Assembly (NCBI GenBank): GCA_963823035.1
Contig: CAWGKG010000023.1
Location: forward strand, 192,001-256,000
Origin: an uncultured Gemmatimonadales bacterium
GTDB taxonomy: Bacteria; Gemmatimonadota; Gemmatimonadetes; Longimicrobiales; Gaopeijiaceae
DNA: 64,000 nt
Reading direction: 5' to 3'
Each line of letters starts with the position of its first letter. Within the stretch, counting starts at the first letter, position 1. The notes beneath the pieces are model-generated. The model searched no databases, was not told where the DNA came from, and saw nothing but the letters and a program-made list of their open reading frames with translations. The position numbers were made by a program, and so were the translations under genes. Of the stretch, positions 62,992 to 64,000 are shown in pieces.

Positions 62992-64000
62992 ATGCGGCGC
63001 TCGGTATCCGGGGTTCTGGCGGTCCTGACGGGATGCGCGGCCTTCGGGCCGCTCGGGTGTTCTTCTGCGGACCCCGTCGACGACCACGACCCGCCCACCC
63101 TCGCCGAGGTCTCGGCTCCGCTCCAGGCCGCCCTCGACCAGTGGGCGCAGGAGGCCGGGCACCGGGGCGTGAGCGCCGCCGCCGTCCTCGCCGACGGCGA
63201 GATGTGGGTGGGCTCGGCGGGAATCGAGGCCACCGCGACGGCCCTCGAGCCCGACCACCTCATCGCGATCGCCAGCATCACCAAGACCATGACCGGCGCG
63301 GTCGTGCTCCAGCTCGCCGAGGAGGGCGTGCTCGGGCTGGACGACCCGATCTCCGCATGGCTGCCGCCCATCCCGAACGTCGACCCGCACATCACGATCC
63401 GACAGCTCCTGAACCACACGAACGGCCTGGCCAACTACACGACGAGCTCGGCGCTCGGCAGCGCGATCGACGCGAACCCCGGGCACCGATTCACCGCCGC
63501 GGAGCTGCTGACCTATCTCGGCCCGCCGGCCTTCGCGCCGGGCGTGCGCACCGAATACACCAACACCGCGTTCCTCCTCCTGGGGATGATCGCACAGGCC
63601 GCGGCCGACCGGCCGATCACGGAGCTCTGGAAGGATCGGCTGTGGGCCCCCCTGGGTCTGACCGGGATCTTCCTCCCGGGTGTGCAGGACCCGCCCGGCC
63701 CGGTCGCGACGGCGTGGGCGGGTCAGGGCGCCTCGACCGCCGTGGAGCCGCTGGGCGAGATGGCCCTGCTCACCATCGGCCAGAGCGCGTTCGGCCTGTT
63801 CGCCGACGCGAGCGTCGTGGCCCGATGGGGCCACGGCCTGTTCGCGGGCTCGGTGCTGGACACCGGGACGCGGGCCGAGATGCTCGAGCTCGTCCCGGCC
63901 GCGGGCAACATCCCCGGGGAGTCGGGCGCAGGCCTGGGAATCCGCAGCTACGCCTACCTCGGCAGGACCCAGTACGGGCACAGCGGAGGCTTCTCGCTGG
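62992..64000 (+). CDS. Serine hydrolase / beta-lactamase family (runs off window)
   Basis: Manual translation: ASITK (SxxK), LLNHTNG, YTN, YGHSG. Confidence 0.85.
   Translation, partial: MRRSVSGVLAVLTGCAAFGPLGCSSADPVDDHDPPTLAEVSAPLQAALDQWAQEAGHRGVSAAAVLADGEMWVGSAGIEATATALEPDHLIAIASITKTMTGAVVLQLAEEGVLGLDDPISAWLPPIPNVDPHITIRQLLNHTNGLANYTTSSALGSAIDANPGHRFTAAELLTYLGPPAFAPGVRTEYTNTAFLLLGMIAQAAADRPITELWKDRLWAPLGLTGIFLPGVQDPPGPVATAWAGQGASTAVEPLGEMALLTIGQSAFGLFADASVVARWGHGLFAGSVLDTGTRAEMLELVPAAGNIPGESGAGLGIRSYAYLGRTQYGHSGGFSL

Noticed and set aside
1..64000. Many frameshifted genes as pseudogenes or programmed frameshifts
   Set aside because: Indels are scattered across unrelated genes with intact catalytic motifs, typical of long-read assembly error.
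1..64000. CRISPR array, tRNA/rRNA, prophage, transposase, defence system
   Set aside because: No repeat-spacer array or diagnostic motifs found by eye; small RNAs cannot be excluded without covariance searches.

Overview
Very GC-rich bacterial chromosome segment. The gene content (two PadR + duplicated-permease pairs, ECF/Ser-Thr kinase module, PEP-CTERM proteins, many lipoproteins) suggests Gemmatimonadota or a relative; this is inference only. Many genes are split by single-base frameshifts, most likely long-read assembly indels. Contents: a Bacillus-type fatty-acid degradation operon (fadR-fadN-fadA-fadE) with a clear FadR box and a ~167 bp MITE-like insertion; an M15 peptidase-mpaA-spmAB cluster; secreted glycoside hydrolases (GH13, GH127, GH2, GH53); an OmpR-type two-component system with a TonB receptor and an internally deleted PepSY-TM gene; a MoxR/DUF58 operon; a 4-gene ABC operon; two PEP-CTERM genes; and a divergent ECF sigma / TPR-kinase pair. 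The most notable unexplained signal is an identically spaced motif (CGATGTCCAG-N3-CGTCC-N5-CGACGC) upstream of both genes flanking the ECF-kinase pair, a candidate local regulon. No rRNA, tRNA, CRISPR array, transposase or prophage was seen. A 1.1 kb error-rich segment bounded by G23 and T23 is probably an assembly artefact.
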